Positions 26,323 to 39,735 of a stretch of 64,000 nt of DNA are shown here, piece after piece. The DNA lies in the NCBI RefSeq assembly GCF_006345805.1, contig NC_042999.1, positions 66,774,001-66,838,000 of the forward strand. Direction: 5' to 3'. Under the pieces are notes generated by a model, which had not been told where the DNA came from, ran no database searches, and saw only the letters and a program-made list of their open reading frames with translations. This stretch comes from Octopus sinensis (taxonomy: Eukaryota). The position numbers were made by a program, and so were the translations under genes. Position 1 is the stretch's first letter; each line of letters opens with the position of its first letter.

Positions 26323-26476
26323 GTAAGTTTCACTGTTCCTATAACTTGCTTGGCTGCTTCTGTAATGCTCGGAGCTGTATTGTACCTATCTTACTTTTAA
26401 TGACATATTGTAATATCCACTCCTGCTACTGCTGCATAACATAAACGAGATGTAACGTATTGCCTCATGTTGGACG

Positions 26477-26513
<37 letters not shown>

Positions 26514-27049
26514 TATAGGGTAGCGAATATTCTTTAGAAATATCACCACCAGTGGCCTAGCATGTATAGTCAATAGACAACATATTCTTAATATAAAATA
26601 GTGTACAATTAAACACAAGAGAAAACTACCCTTTAACGGGTAATTTTTGATGTTGTTTTGATGATGTGATCTAAATTGTTTACGTGTAACATCTACTGTA
26701 CATAAGATGTCTGTTTAGACATATTGCAAGTTACGGCTGCGCGTTCTTTGTAAACGATTAGTAACTTCCAAAGTATTTAATATCCTTTGATAGGAAATGA
26801 AAACGTTGAGATGCGGTTGTTAATGTATTGACCAGGAGAACTTCTCAGATATTTTAAGAGATAAAAATGTGAACTTTTAATCTTCGTTAATGTCATTCGT
26901 GATTGAGTAATTAGCTGTAATGTAGAATTGTCGTATCAATATGTGTTGTTCGTATACCACAGTACTTCTGATGGATGTATAATCATCAATTATCTATTAA
27001 TCATGTGTAATCTTATCTAACATAAACAGAGATTACATGAGAAATGTTC

Positions 27050-27420
27050 TAATACACAGTATTCCAATCCAACTGATTTCGATATAATGTAACATATACG
27101 TAACATATATAAATCAGATCTTATAAGCATACATATATACATAGGTACATAGATACAGACATTTGTTCGTGTATGTATCCGAGTTTGTATCAAAATGTAT
27201 AGAAGAATATATTAATCAATAAAATTCCAATATACAGTATTCCAATCCAACTGATTTCGATATAATATAACATATGTAACATATACTATATACGTAAGAT
27301 ATATTAATCAGATTGTATAAGCATACATATATACATAGGTACATAGATACAGACATTTGTTCGTGTGTGTATTCGAGTTTGTATCATTGTGTATAGAATA
27401 TATTAATCAATAAAATTCTA
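27050..27420. repeat. Tandem duplication of about 180 bp in gene C intron 1
   Basis: cagtattccaatccaactgatttcgatataat at about 27057 and about 27235. Confidence 0.8.
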
Positions 27421-27733
27421 ATTTAGTCCGATTTTCATGTTTTATTTTTTGTAATGTTTGCAATTTTACAATACTGAAAGAAACTAGTATTTTTATGCGT
27501 TACGCAATCTTAAGGTTTGTCTAGCGACATTCGTGTTTCACAATTGACAACTATCAATATTTCCCGGATAAGGATGGCATTAGTTCTTTAAGTTCCTTCA
27601 GTTTTTTTGGGTTTTTTTTCAATAGACCAATTAATTGAGTAAACCCATCAATGATAATAACAGTTGTACGTCAAATTTACTGCGATAAAAGAATATATAA
27701 TGACCATCATCTACGCTTTGATTTGTATATATA

Positions 27734-28997
27734 CGAGGGGCGTTCAATAAGTAATGCCCCTGACCCACTTCCCATAGCAGTAGAGCAACGAAACTTGGCG
27801 CAGTTATTAGTCTTTTTCTACATAGGAACCACCCAGAGTTACGCCTTTCTCTCATTGTTTGATGCAGCTCTGGAGACCGTTTTTGTAGGAGACCCCAGCT
27901 TGGTCCTCCAACCACGACGTGACTTCAGAAATCAAGGCTGCATCATCTGGGAAACGCTTTCCTTTCAAAAACAACTTCATGGCTGGGAAGAGATGAAAAT
28001 CAGAGGGTGCAAGGTCGGGAGAGTAGGGGGATGGGGGAGGAGTTCATAGCCGCACGCCAGTGCTTCTGATCTGGCGACACGCGAGTTGTTGACCGGAGCG
28101 TTGTCCTGCAGGAGGAGGATGCCTTTGCTGATCTTGCCCCGCCTCTTGATTTTGATAGCTTCTCTTAATTTCCTCAAAAGTGAAGCACTATAGGCTCCTG
28201 TATTTGTGGTACCCTTTGCCAGGAAATCTGTCATCATTACTCCGTCCTGGTCCCAGAAGATTGTGAGCATGATCTTGCCAGTGGAGAGCTGCACACTTGC
28301 CTTCTTTGGAGGAGGTGAGTCACGGTGCTTCCACTGCATTGACTGGGCTTTGGTCTCTGGATCATAGTGATGGACCCAGGTTTCATCCTGTGTAATCAGT
28401 CTTTTGAAAAAGTTTGACTCATCTTCTTGGCACATCTCCAAATTCATCCTCGAGCACTCGACGCGTTCTTGCTTCTGGAAAGGTGTGAGCAACCTGGGAA
28501 TCCATCTGGCAGACACCTTTTGCATATGCAAATAGTCATGAATGATAGTTTCCACAGACCCGGTACTAATCTTGACCTCATGGACTATTTGGCGAATAGT
28601 TATGCGTCGATCTTCCAAAATGGCAGCCTCAACTTGACGGACAGATACCTCATCAATGGCAGGAGGGTGACCAGATCTCAGAGCTGTTTCCACAGAGTTA
28701 CGACCATGTTTGAATTCACGATGCCAGCATTTTACAAGGTCATATGATGGGGCATCATCACCATAAGTTACTTTCATTTCAGCAAAAGTGTCCCGTGGTG
28801 TGCGTCCTTTCAAATACAAAAACCGGATCAACAGGCTCCATTTCACACTTGACTCAGTTCAAACACCTGTAATTCAGAAACCACAATTAGTTCAGAACTG
28901 TAATTTTCCACTTAATCTATAGAGATATCAATAATTGCACATGCTAGATCAAAAAACTGCAAGTGGGCCAGAGGCATTACTTATTGAACGCCCCTCG
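27734..28997 (-). mobile_element. Full-length but defective mariner (DD34D) transposon
   Basis: TA-flanked TIRs cgaggggcgttcaataagtaatgcc; ITQDETW, LQDNAP; frameshift at HPPYSPDLAPSD; short N-terminal deletion relative to the 46767 copy. Confidence 0.95.
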
Positions 28998-29000
28998 TAT

Positions 29001-29064
<64 letters not shown>

Positions 29065-29079
29065 AATACAAAATGGGAG

Positions 29080-29420
29080 GAGAACATAAATCATCCGGAC
29101 AACTAGGTGATACAAAAAAGGACAACAAAACATCCAGATAGACGATACAAAGAAACAAGGACGGCCCATTCGAAGCTTTCAATCCTCAGTCAAGAACCGG
29201 ATCATCCTCGCAATTTCGGCTGATTAATCTTGAGATTGCTCCAATCTGGCCGGCTTCAAGGAAAAACTAAGCTAAGAGCATTAAATTCCTTGGAAGAAAG
29301 CATCGAATGTATACGAAAACAAGGACGGGAAAACAGACGATGTTACACGAATATAAATACAAAATACAATAAAAATAAAAGTAATTATAACAGGACATAA
29401 CAACAGGTGTCTTTCGACAG
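29080..29420. repeat. Dispersed repeat with inverted copy at about 48300-48590
   Basis: ggatcatcctcgcaatttcggctgattaatcttgagattgctccaa and flanks alignable in reverse. Confidence 0.7.
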
Positions 29421-30282
29421 GGGACGAATTGAATTCAACCGGCGTGTGTGGAAATGAAGCCTTACGGCAGAGATACAAGACTTTCTTAAACACAGGGAAG
29501 AATATCGATGTGTCAGTGACCACAGTCAGACGCAAAAAGAGGGCTTTATATCTTTTACTTATTTCATTCATGCTGAAGCACCGTCTTGGAGTGTTTTCAT
29601 CGAATACAACCCAGTGCTTATTTTCTTTTTAAGCCTAGTTATTCTGCTGTCGTCCCTTTTGCCGAATCGCTAAGTTACAGGGACGTAAACGCAAGCACTG
29701 GTTGTCAAGCGGTGGTGACGGACAATCACAAACACACACACACATAAATATGTGTGTGTGTGTTTGTGTGTGTGTGTATATACATTACGGTCTTCTTTCA
29801 GTGACCCTCAACCAAATCCACTCACAAGGATTTGGTCGGCCCAAGGATATAGTAGACGCAGTGGGATTGAACCCGGAACCATGTGGTTTGGAAGCAATCT
29901 CCTTACCACACATCTATAAACTGCCTAGTCTTATAGACGGCTCGTCGGACGCCAATGGCTATGGTATACAACCTCTTCTCAAATTGATTAGAGGCGTAAA
30001 ATTTGCCGACTGAAGATGATCTCAGGGTGACAACCGCATCCAACCTAAGGTTAAGACAATATATACATTTGGTTACAAAATTAACTAACATTTTTCTATG
30101 TCCAATTTGAAAACAGGTTATATGCATACGGCCATTAGAACCCTTCGAGCCGGCCATAAGTTTAAGAGCTTTATAGATGCGAAACCATTGGCAATTCTAT
30201 GACCGACCATATAATTAACTTCCTATAAAGATATAAATACATTACTACTCTCACGTTTTCTTTCGGATATATAATCTGCTGA

Positions 30283-30356
<74 letters not shown>

Positions 30357-30408
30357 ATGTGTGACATATATTCTTGTTTCACTCATTTGACTGGTGGTGT
30401 TACATATA

Positions 30409-31250
30409 CAGTGTGCGGTGAATAAACTGTTGTCTAAATTGCGCAAAATTGAAAATTACACTGGCATCTCGTTTTAACAGATATATTTACCAAAATTACA
30501 TAAAAATATCTTGAAATACTAAAGAGTAAATTTATTCAATAAATTCCAGATGACTTCGGAATTTCCTGCAACTCTACTGGACAATTTCCTTGTTTAAGTC
30601 GGTGAATGTTGCCATAATCTTCGCCTTCAGTTCATCTTTGGTGTTACAAGGTGTTTTGTTGGTCTCTTGTCCAACATATAATAATGAAGGGGCTTGCAGT
30701 CTGCGAACTTAGGTGGCCAGATGTTAGGGGGTTATGTGGTCGCATAAATTGTCTGACATTCATGACTGGGTTCTCCTGCTTGTGTGGCATGTTACAGACT
30801 CCTGTTACCAGGCATAGAGTTTTCCAGTAGCCACCCTCTTGACCCAGTGCTGCACTACCTCCTCCAGGCACTTGATGTAGGCCTCCATGTTTAGTGTGAG
30901 GCTGCGCGGGAAGATAAATGGCGGCAGAACGTCGCCATCACTAGTGATCACTTCAAAAACCATTATGCTGACTGGGTATTTGATTTTTAGCACTCTCGGT
31001 ACATATCCTCAGACTGATACTCAAACACTCTGAAATGTTTGTATTGGAGTTTCCGGGGCGAATGCCAAGCAGTACAGCATGTGGTTTCCAAATTTCTGGC
31101 AGAGCGAATTGCGTCATGGTGCTGTGTGTTTTCACAGACGATACCCAACTGACCCTACTAGAGTGTATAGTCGACAAAATTCAAAAACAAACATCGTGCA
31201 TGCGCAAAATCAAAAATATAAAATGGCGACAATTTAACCATCGCACCCTG
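30409..31250 (-). mobile_element. Degenerate maT/DD37D-like Tc1-mariner element, ending about 85 bp before the gene C signal exon
   Basis: TA-flanked about 26-bp TIRs; KYPVSIMVFEVITSDGDVLPPFIFP..LN..AYIKCLEEVV motif. Confidence 0.75.
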
Positions 31251-31342
31251 TATATGTGTGTGTGTATGTAATTCATGAATATATGTATGCATATATGTTT
31301 GCCTGTATACTTGTATGTATATTATAATTTTACAGCTTGAAA

Positions 31343-31403
31343 ATGAATTCTACATTTTGTCTTGTCATGCTGGGGCTTTTTATCATTACAGCCGGGGCTA
31401 ATG
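31343..31403 (+). CDS. Peptide gene C, signal-peptide exon (MNSTFCLVMLGLFIITAGAN + G, phase 1)
   Basis: Acceptor ttttacag|31336, ATGAATTCTA start shared with gene A, 61-nt CDS, donor G|GTAAGT at 31404. Confidence 0.85.
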
Positions 31404-32014
31404 GTAAGTGATCAATATATCCGTTCTTTAAAATGCGTTTCATCACATTGTAATGCTGCTTATTATTTAATAGTAATGACTATATTTGATATTAAAATAT
31501 TACAATAAGTTGTTTATAATTTTCTAAAACGAACTTTTGGTAGAATTCTACCATTCCTATTACAAGATTTGTAACCGACAACACTTTAACGTATTCACCA
31601 AATTAAGTACCACTGGAGTACCGTGGTTGATCTAATCGACTGGCCCCCATCCCAGACATTTCGGGCTTTGTGCCTATATTAGAAAATAATTTTCTGTGCT
31701 TCGAGCATTTCCAGAGTCTCTGAGACTATTTACATAGAACTGGCCACAGGGGACATGCTTTATGAATTTAACCAATACCTGTGTCTCTTATTGTAAGAAC
31801 AGCTTCTAAGTCATAAACCATTCCGCCATATCGACCCAATACCCATTACTAAGAATGATAAACTACACTAAGACAATGTTTCTTAATAAGAGTAAACTTT
31901 CCGATTAACAGTGTATTATTTCCATTATTGTGAACCATGTGAAGGTCTTCCTACCTCCAAGCAGATCCAATGGAATCGGAAGCCCTGCATCACTAAGGGT
32001 TCATCTATTTATAA

Positions 32015-32244
32015 AGGCGGCGAGCTGGCAGAACCGTTAGCGCGCCGGGCGAAATGCTTAGCGGTATTTCGTCTGTCGTTACGTTCTGAGTTCAAATTCC
32101 GCCGAGGTCGACTTTGTCTTTCATCCTTTCGAGGTCTATAAATAAAGTACCAGTTTCGCACTGGGTCGATGTAATCGACTTAATCCCTTTACCTGTCCTT
32201 GTTTGTCCCCTCTATGTTTAGCTCCTTGTGGGTAGTAAAGAAAT
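32015..32244 (+). mobile_element. SINE family B (gene C intron 2)
   Basis: ggcggcgagctggcagaa head and conserved core. Confidence 0.85.
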
Positions 32245-32406
32245 ATAATGTACGTTGAAAGTTGATCAGTACGGCCGAAACAGTGTAGTAGCGTTTTTGG
32301 AAAACAAACATGACAAAAGTAGTTTCGAAATTAGAAGCTACTGTGATGTCTCTGATTTGTACGTAAGATATAACGTTCTTAAAGCAAAATTATTTTCTGA
32401 TTTTAG

Positions 32407-32543
32407 GTGACAGTGTTGCACTACATTTAACTCTATGCCGACAACGATATACAAATTCGCTTGATATTTACAAGTGTATGGCAGATAATTGTTGTAAATA
32501 TGCTCCATTGCACGAAATAAAGCAAGAAAATGATTTCGGATAA
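32407..32543 (+). CDS. Peptide gene C, terminal exon: (G)DSVALHLTLCRQRYTNSLDIYKCMADNCCKYAPLHEIKQENDFG; precursor 65 aa
   Basis: Acceptor ctgattttag|32407 in phase 1; 4 Cys; stop 32541-32543; AATAAA at 32516 and 32542; cacgaaataaa shared with the gene A 3' end. Confidence 0.8.
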
Positions 32544-32822
32544 TAAAAGCAATAATTTAAAACAGAAACGGAAACAAGCTGCCGAAATTCGTATTAACAT
32601 TAAACAGATCATTGGATCGTATTTCGGTAGATGGGTTGTTTTCGTGATTAAAGTGTGAAATATACACATAATATTATGTCTTTGTTAACATATAACTGTT
32701 TGATGTAATTATTTCCTTTTTCATAAACATTGGATACATCTCTACTTGGAAAATTTGACGACTAGTAGATTAGTCCGTTGCTTAATTGGTGTATGAAGCA
32801 ATGATATTTTAATTAGTTAGAT

Positions 32823-33243
32823 AAGGCGGCAAGCTGGCAGAAACGGTAGCACGCCGGGCGTAATGCGTGGCCGTATTTCGTCTGCCGTTACGTTCTGAGT
32901 TCAAATTCCGCCGAGGTCGACTTTGTCTTTCATCCTTTCGGGGTCGATAAAATAAGTACCGGTTATGCACTGGGGTCGATATAATCGACTTAATCCGTTT
33001 GTCTGTCCTTGTTTGTCCTCTCTGTGTTTAGCCCCTTGTCGGTAGTAAAGAAATAGGCATTTCATCCGCCGTTACGTTCTGAGTTCAAATTCCGCTGAGG
33101 TTGACTTTGCTTTTCATCCTTTCGGGATCGATAAATTAAGTACCAGTTATGCACTGGGATTGATGTAATCGACTTAATCCATTTGTCTGTCCTTGTTTGT
33201 CTCCTCTATGTTTGGCTTCTTGTGGGCAATAAAGAAATAAGAA
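32823..33243 (+). mobile_element. SINE family B, two tandem copies
   Basis: Full copy 32823-33057 followed by a 5'-truncated copy. Confidence 0.85.
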
Positions 33244-33249
33244 ATATGT

Positions 33250-34380
33250 TTAACGCAAAATTTCACGTTGGCTCTCATGAACGTTTCTGTTGAACGTTTC
33301 TGTTCATGACAAAATCGCAGACTACAGCATACACGTGATGACATAAAAATACAAATTTCACAACTTGCGAAGTAAACACAGTGATGTCACTTGGAAAGTC
33401 TGCAACAGTGACGTTGAGCATGCTTCGGTAAGCTTACGCCGACGGGGTAGTGAACCGCTGAAGCAATGTTTCGAGTTGCACAGGCGCTTCATAAGCGAAA
33501 AAAACGTCCCTGGAAGACGATGAGCGATCTGGAAGACCTGCTACGAGCTTTATCCCCGGAAATGTGGAGAAAATCCATTGATTATGTTGTTGGTTGTTGT
33601 ATGGATCTGGGCAGGTAATCCTAACAGCTGAACTGAACATGCGGCGTGTCTCTGCCAAGTTTGTACCCCGTGTGCTGACCACTGAGCAGGAAGAACATCG
33701 CGCCGAAGTCTGTCAAGGTCTCCTTCAGCATGCGGCTGATGAACCATCCTTTATGAGGGGATCAACACTGGTGACGAGTGCAGGGTTTACAGGTACGACC
33801 CTGTAATGAAGCAGCAGTGGTCACAATGGAAGAGCCCTTTATCTCCACGACCGAAGAAGGCACGACAGAGCCGCAGCTCAATCTAGAGCATGCTCGTCGT
33901 GTTTTTTCTTTTCGACATCTGCGGTATGGTGTATTGAGAATTCGTCCCCTTGGGCTAGACCGTCAATTGAGAGTTCTACTACGACTCTTTGAAGCGTGAG
34001 GGAGAACATTCAATGAAAGCGACCAGATCTGTGGAAAGCAAATAATTAGAATCTTCATGACAATAACACAACATGGTATCGCTTCTGCACCAACCCTATT
34101 CGTCAGATTTAGCATCTGCGAATTTCCATCTCTGCCCCAGGATGAAAATACAGCTCAAAAGTAGTTTTAACACCGTTGTCAAGATCAAGATCAAGAGTGA
34201 ATCGCAGAAGGTTCTCCACTCGCTTATTGAAAACGATTTCCAGGCTGGACTCCAAAAGTGGCAGGAAAGCTGGAACTGGGGTATTGTTGCGCAAGGTGAC
34301 TATTTCGAAGAAGATGATGTTAAAACTTAAGTAAAGAAATAATTCTTTATTAAACATTACTAATCCGGGCACGTTTTGTA
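33250..34380 (+). mobile_element. Degenerate mariner transposon
   Basis: DDERSGRP, MRRVSAKFVPRVLT and HQPYSSDLASANFHL remnants across frameshifts. Confidence 0.8.
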
Positions 34381-34439
34381 ACCCCATCGTATTTATTCCA
34401 GGACAGCCTTTTTTTCCGAATAGCATTGTATATTGTTTT

Positions 34440-34768
34440 TGCGACGACGCCATGTCGCATAGAGTTACTACCTTGATGACATTTTTAGTAAGGTGCTAAT
34501 CACATGTGGCATATCTTCCACAGAAATATGGCAATCTACATTTGCACTTACATCTTGGAACTCCAGGGAATCACTACCTTTTTTTATTTATTAAACATTT
34601 AGTAGCAGTCGCTTGTTCTTGGATTGCAAATGTATAACTCTTTGAAATATGATGTTATGTAACGGGCATGAGTCCAAGAGAAGTTTTGCTTCTGTCAATG
34701 TTACTATCTTCTTCAAGTCTTCAGGAAACACACCCACGTATGGTCATTTGTGTGTGTGTGTGCGTGTT

Positions 34769-34832
<64 letters not shown>

Positions 34833-35470
34833 TGTGTATGTGTCTGTGTGTGTGTGTGTGTGTGTGTGTTTGTGCGTGTGCGGGCACGCGCTGCGCGTTT
34901 AACCTCCAAGTCTTCTTTGAGGTATTCTAGTCCCGATAATTTGGGGTCGTATGAGAGGTCATCAGGATGAGAGTATTTCCTAAGAAGTTCATTTCCAAAA
35001 CGCAGGATCTTATTCTCTTCACTTTTCAGCGCTGAGGCAATGTATTTATTTTTTTGGCTGTTATTTAGCAAGTGCTGTCTGAGCGACTATGCCGCATTCG
35101 AAGGTTATCTGCACTGGTCGCAAACCTCTACCACTTCTAACTCTTCTTAGGTAGAGCCTGTCTATATCATTATTTTTATGAAGCCGATTTTAGAATCTTG
35201 CGGGTTTTGATGTTTATGTATCCAAAATGTTGGATTCAACACTGGTACTGCAAATGCATTGTGGAATATTGTCTTGTAAGAGGAGAGTTCAGACTGCTGC
35301 ATTTTTCTTAGACTTGTTCATTTTATAGTTATTCACATTATCTTCGTATGACATACTTTCATCAACGCCTAGGTACTTGTAACGTTCTTTGAAAGAGACA
35401 GGAGAGGTAGCCAGAGCATTGATGGAGAGGTTTTGCGCCTGGAGTACTAATTTCACTCGTTCAACAATCA
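34440..35470 (-). mobile_element. Probable R4/Dong-like LINE fragment
   Basis: YKYLGVDE motif on minus; heavily decayed. Confidence 0.4.
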
Positions 35471-38359
35471 AATAGTCGCATCCCTATTTCAGCTGAAAAT
35501 GTTATTAATCCCAGCTGCGTTTTGGCATTGTCAGCATTTTAGCATAAGTTTTGAAGTCAACCACAAAGAAAGAAATTATAGGTTACATTAATATCTAGCA
35601 GTTGCAAAGTAGGTGAGGGCGGGCAAAGGTGTGGAAGAGAAGCGATTTGTTTTTTGTGCCGGCAATGATAAAGGACTTAAGGTCAAAAAGAGTCAATGAT
35701 CACTTTGTGTGTTTCTCTCCCTATCATCGATGTTAGTGTGTGTACGTCACAATAACTAAGCGGTTCGGCAAAAGAGACCGATAGAATAAGTGTTAGGCTT
35801 ACAAAGAATAAATCCTGGGGTCGATTTGTTCGACCAAGGGCGGTGCACCAGCATGACTGCAGTCCAAATTACTAAAACAAGTAAAATATATATATATATA
35901 TATATACACACACTTTTATTGAAACGAAATATTTCCACCCAAGAATTATAAGGGAACGAAGATTCATACTGTATATCTGATCTTTATAAGCAGGAAGCTT
36001 ACCTTAGTTCTCGTGCTCCTGAATTCTCAGGACTTTTCGGTCTGCAGATGCTCCCACTATTATCCTTCTCTTCCACATCTTTGGCTGCCCTTACATTCAA
36101 TACTGTTATCTACTCTTGTCTCCCTGAACACAACAAAACAAAAACATTAAAGCCCTTAGAGATCAATCATGAGGAAAATAGACATAACAGGTCTTGCTTA
36201 TTAGAATCGTCTCCAGAAACACAAGCTTCATTCCCTCCAAGACGGTCGTGAGCGTTATATTAATTGCATTATGTGGAAATGTTCTATACCCTTGTATTGG
36301 ATGTATGATATAACGAAGCAGGGAGGGAAGAAAGTATATTCACGACGCACTGCTATTACTATTGCACGAAACTTTACATTCACAATCACGGCTCACAGTG
36401 AACTGCTAGAAACCCGAAGTGCCAGTCGTTCAGTTTGGTTTGTTTTGTTTTTGTTTTGTTTTTTTACTTTATAACAATGTGACAGTCCATGTTCAGTAAC
36501 TTGCGGGTTGGTTGGAATCCTTCCACAACAAAAATATTCAACATCACCACCAAAATAACATTAGCATCATGCACGCACGCAAATATGTGTGAACATTATG
36601 AAAGCATGGGTATAATGAACAAATACAAAACGAAGAGAACAAAGATGAGAGAAGATTAACAAATATTGTAAAACTTTGAAAAATAAAATGGAAGGGAAAG
36701 AATCGTCACATTTCGGCCGCTAGTTCTTCATTGGAAGAACTGTATAAAATGAAACTATAAAAGAGGAAATGTCTTAGCAAAGGGAGAGAGGGAGAGAGAA
36801 AGAGAGAGAGAGAGGAAAAATCCAGATGAGTGGATAGTAGCCAGTTAAGAATGCGGGTCTAGGCTGATTGAAAAAAGTGAACAGTTGTATCTATCTGTGT
36901 TTTGAGATTGCATAAAGGTGAGTGCTGTGTGTGTGTGTGTGTTTGTGATTGTGTGATATTTGTGCGTGTGCGCGTGCATGTGTGCGTGTGCCTGCGCGCG
37001 CATGTATATATATGTGTGTGTGTAGAAATACGAAACTATGAGTATGTGGGTTATTGAGGGTATGGAATGTTGGTCTGTGTGTGAGTGTGTGTGTGTGTAT
37101 AATCGTTATGTATTCGTTCGAAATGCGTGAAAAGGAGGAGTTGCGAACGAGTGCGAGTGTGAGGTATAAAGAAAGCTAGAAAAAATGTGGAGAGGAGATA
37201 GAAGAAACATGGATTTGAGATGATAAAGTCCTGAAAATCCAAAGGTTGTGAAGATTGTAAAGTTCGCACGTAAAGATGAGTTACAAAAATTAGCCGAAGA
37301 AAGTTTAGTCTGACTGTATGGCTTGGAAGAGATGGTGTGCAATGACACGGAAGAGGAAATCTGGCGCAGGGTAAGAAAATGTGTTAGACAGAAGAGTAAG
37401 GAGAGTAAGAAGATGAAGGACATTGGTCAAGGAGGAAAGCACTTGTGTGCGCGTGCACTACGTGTGTGTGTGTGAATGTCTGTGTGTATGAATGTGTGTG
37501 TGTGCATGAATGTGTCTGTGTATGTGAATGTGTGTGTTAATTACCTTAAGGGTTTGTGATAGGGAAGGTGTGAAACAGAGTGCTCACGCAAAGCGGAGGT
37601 AGCAGGGCAGGGGTGTGAGAGAGAAGAAACGTCAGCCAATTATATGACTGTCAACATCTCACAATTGTTTATTATAATAATATAAATAATATATAAAGAT
37701 ATGCATGTGTACATACATATATGTACATATCTACATGTATATGTATATATACATGCATATATGGGTACAGGACATCGAAAAAAAATTGAACACAATCAGA
37801 AACGAAAACATAAAAACAAAAACATAGAAACGAACTTTTTTCGAACAACAGGAAAAAAAACAAGCAGAGAAACGAGACATGCAACATAAAGAATATTCCC
37901 CTTCTTCAGTTGTCCCTGTTTCATTTACTACGCGTTTATTATATATTCATTAACTATATGAATTACAACAACCATTCATTGTTCTTAAATATATTGATGA
38001 AATCCATTTTCATTTTCGTAATATTATAAAATAGTTGAAACGAGAATCACTGGATAAATACAATTTTCTGTCAATAACGCGTTATAAATAATAGAATGCA
38101 GTTCAAATCCAGAAAAAAAGCTATCAATAATATGTAAGAGATGAAGGATTCAAGTGAGATAGTTGTGAGAAACGACATGCATTGGTAGAGTTGTTTAAAC
38201 ATATGTCGAAGGTTAATCTGTGTGGCAGAGACAGTGTGATGACGTTTTGTAAAACAGATATGACAAAAGAGCAGTTCTGAAATTACAACCTAGTATGTTG
38301 ATGTGACTTTTACATATATAACACAATGGCTTTAAACACGTATTCTTGTCTAATTTTAG

Positions 38360-38556
38360 AAATTATGCAAGCGAAATGTGAAACTTTCTGCCACCAGCTA
38401 CATGACTCCGAGGCAACTACGTATGATTTAACACAGTGTCTGATTAAAAGATGTGGCTGGCATCATGGACAAGGAAATTATGTCCCAAAAAAGATTGTGA
38501 ACATTCGAGGAGAGTGGACTTTCGCAAGGAATAAAAAAAAAAGAAAACATTTTTAG
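38360..38556 (+). CDS. Orphan terminal exon D: (E)IMQAKCETFCHQLHDSEATTYDLTQCLIKRCGWHHGQGNYVPKKIVNIRGEWTFARNKKKRKHF
   Basis: Acceptor ctaattttag|38360, open in phase 1, C-x3-C-x15-C-x4-C; both flanks homologous to those of the gene C terminal exon. Confidence 0.7.
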
Positions 38557-38745
38557 ATATCAAAAGCAATAATGTTAAACTTAAAGGAGAAACAGCCTGC
38601 TGAAATTCGCATTGACACTTAAGATCGCGCAGGGTTGCATTTCGGTATATAGGTTATTTCTTCCTTCAATGTAAAATTCGTGATTAGAATATGAAATATA
38701 TAATGTAAGATGAAGTCTTCATGTAATTATATTTATTTGATGGGA

Positions 38746-38895
38746 GGCGGCGAGCTGGTAGAAACGTTAGCACTCCTTTCGGAGTCGATTAAATAAGTAC
38801 CAGTTACGCACTGGGGTCGATGTAATCGACTTAATCCGTTTGTCTGTCCTTGTTTGCCCCCTCTATGTTTAACCTCTTGTGATCAATAAAGAAAT
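38746..38895 (+). mobile_element. SINE family B, internally deleted, in the 3' flank of exon D
   Basis: Head and tail match the family with the middle missing. Confidence 0.75.
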
Positions 38896-39313
38896 ATATA
38901 TTTGTTTGATGGAATTATTTCATTTTTATAAAAGTATTTACTTGATATGGGTCACATCTTTACGTAGAAAATTTGAAGACTAGTAAAGTGGAAAGTTGCT
39001 GAAGTGATGTACGAATTCAAGACGTTTTAATGAGTTAAACCAACGACTTTTAGTGAGACTAATTCTACAAAGAAGAGGTATGAAAAAAAAACTACAAATA
39101 TAATTTTGTTTCCACTTACATATCTTGCAAAATATAGCCTAATTTGTTAATGTGCACTTTCTTTCCCTGCTAAGGTTACATTTGTATATTGTCAGTGAAC
39201 CACCGACTTTCGAGTAGTTGAACAAGATATCATTTTCATATTTCCAACTTGACTATAAACAGAAAAAAAAAGAAAATCCACTGCTGAAAATTATGTGTGG
39301 ATGTATCTGTGCA

Positions 39314-39615
39314 TGGGAGGCGCAATGACCCAGTGGTTAGGTCAGCGAACTCGCGGTCGGAGGATCGCGGTTTCGATTCCCAGACCGGGCGTTGTGAGTG
39401 TTTATTGAGTGAAAACACCTAAAAGCTCCACGAGGCTGCGGCAGGAGGTGTTGGTGACCCCTGTTGTACTCTTTCGCCGCAACTTTCTCTCACTCTCTCT
39501 TCTTGTTTCTTGAGTAACGCTGCGATGGACTGGTGTCCCGTCCAGCTGGGGAGAACACCTACGCCACAGAAACCGGGAAACCGGGCCCATGAGCCTGGCT
39601 AGGCTTGAAAAGGGC
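39314..39615 (+). mobile_element. SINE family C
   Basis: Highly similar to 23566-23855. Confidence 0.85.
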
Positions 39616-39735
39616 GACGTTTATCGTATCTGTGCATGAGCATGCACACACACAAGTGTGTGTGTGAGTGTGTGTGTTTGTATATGTGCGTGTGGAGAGA
39701 GAGTGTGTGTTTGAAGTGGTGTACAGATATTGTAT

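Noticed and set aside
34668-34737. Signal-like [20 protein letters not shown] with a weak GTATGG donor
   Set aside because: No acceptor or promoter, no similarity to the family leaders, within a probable LINE relic
38326-38359. ATG start of ORF 38326-38556
   Set aside because: Lies in the branch-point/polypyrimidine region homologous to other introns; not a convincing signal peptide
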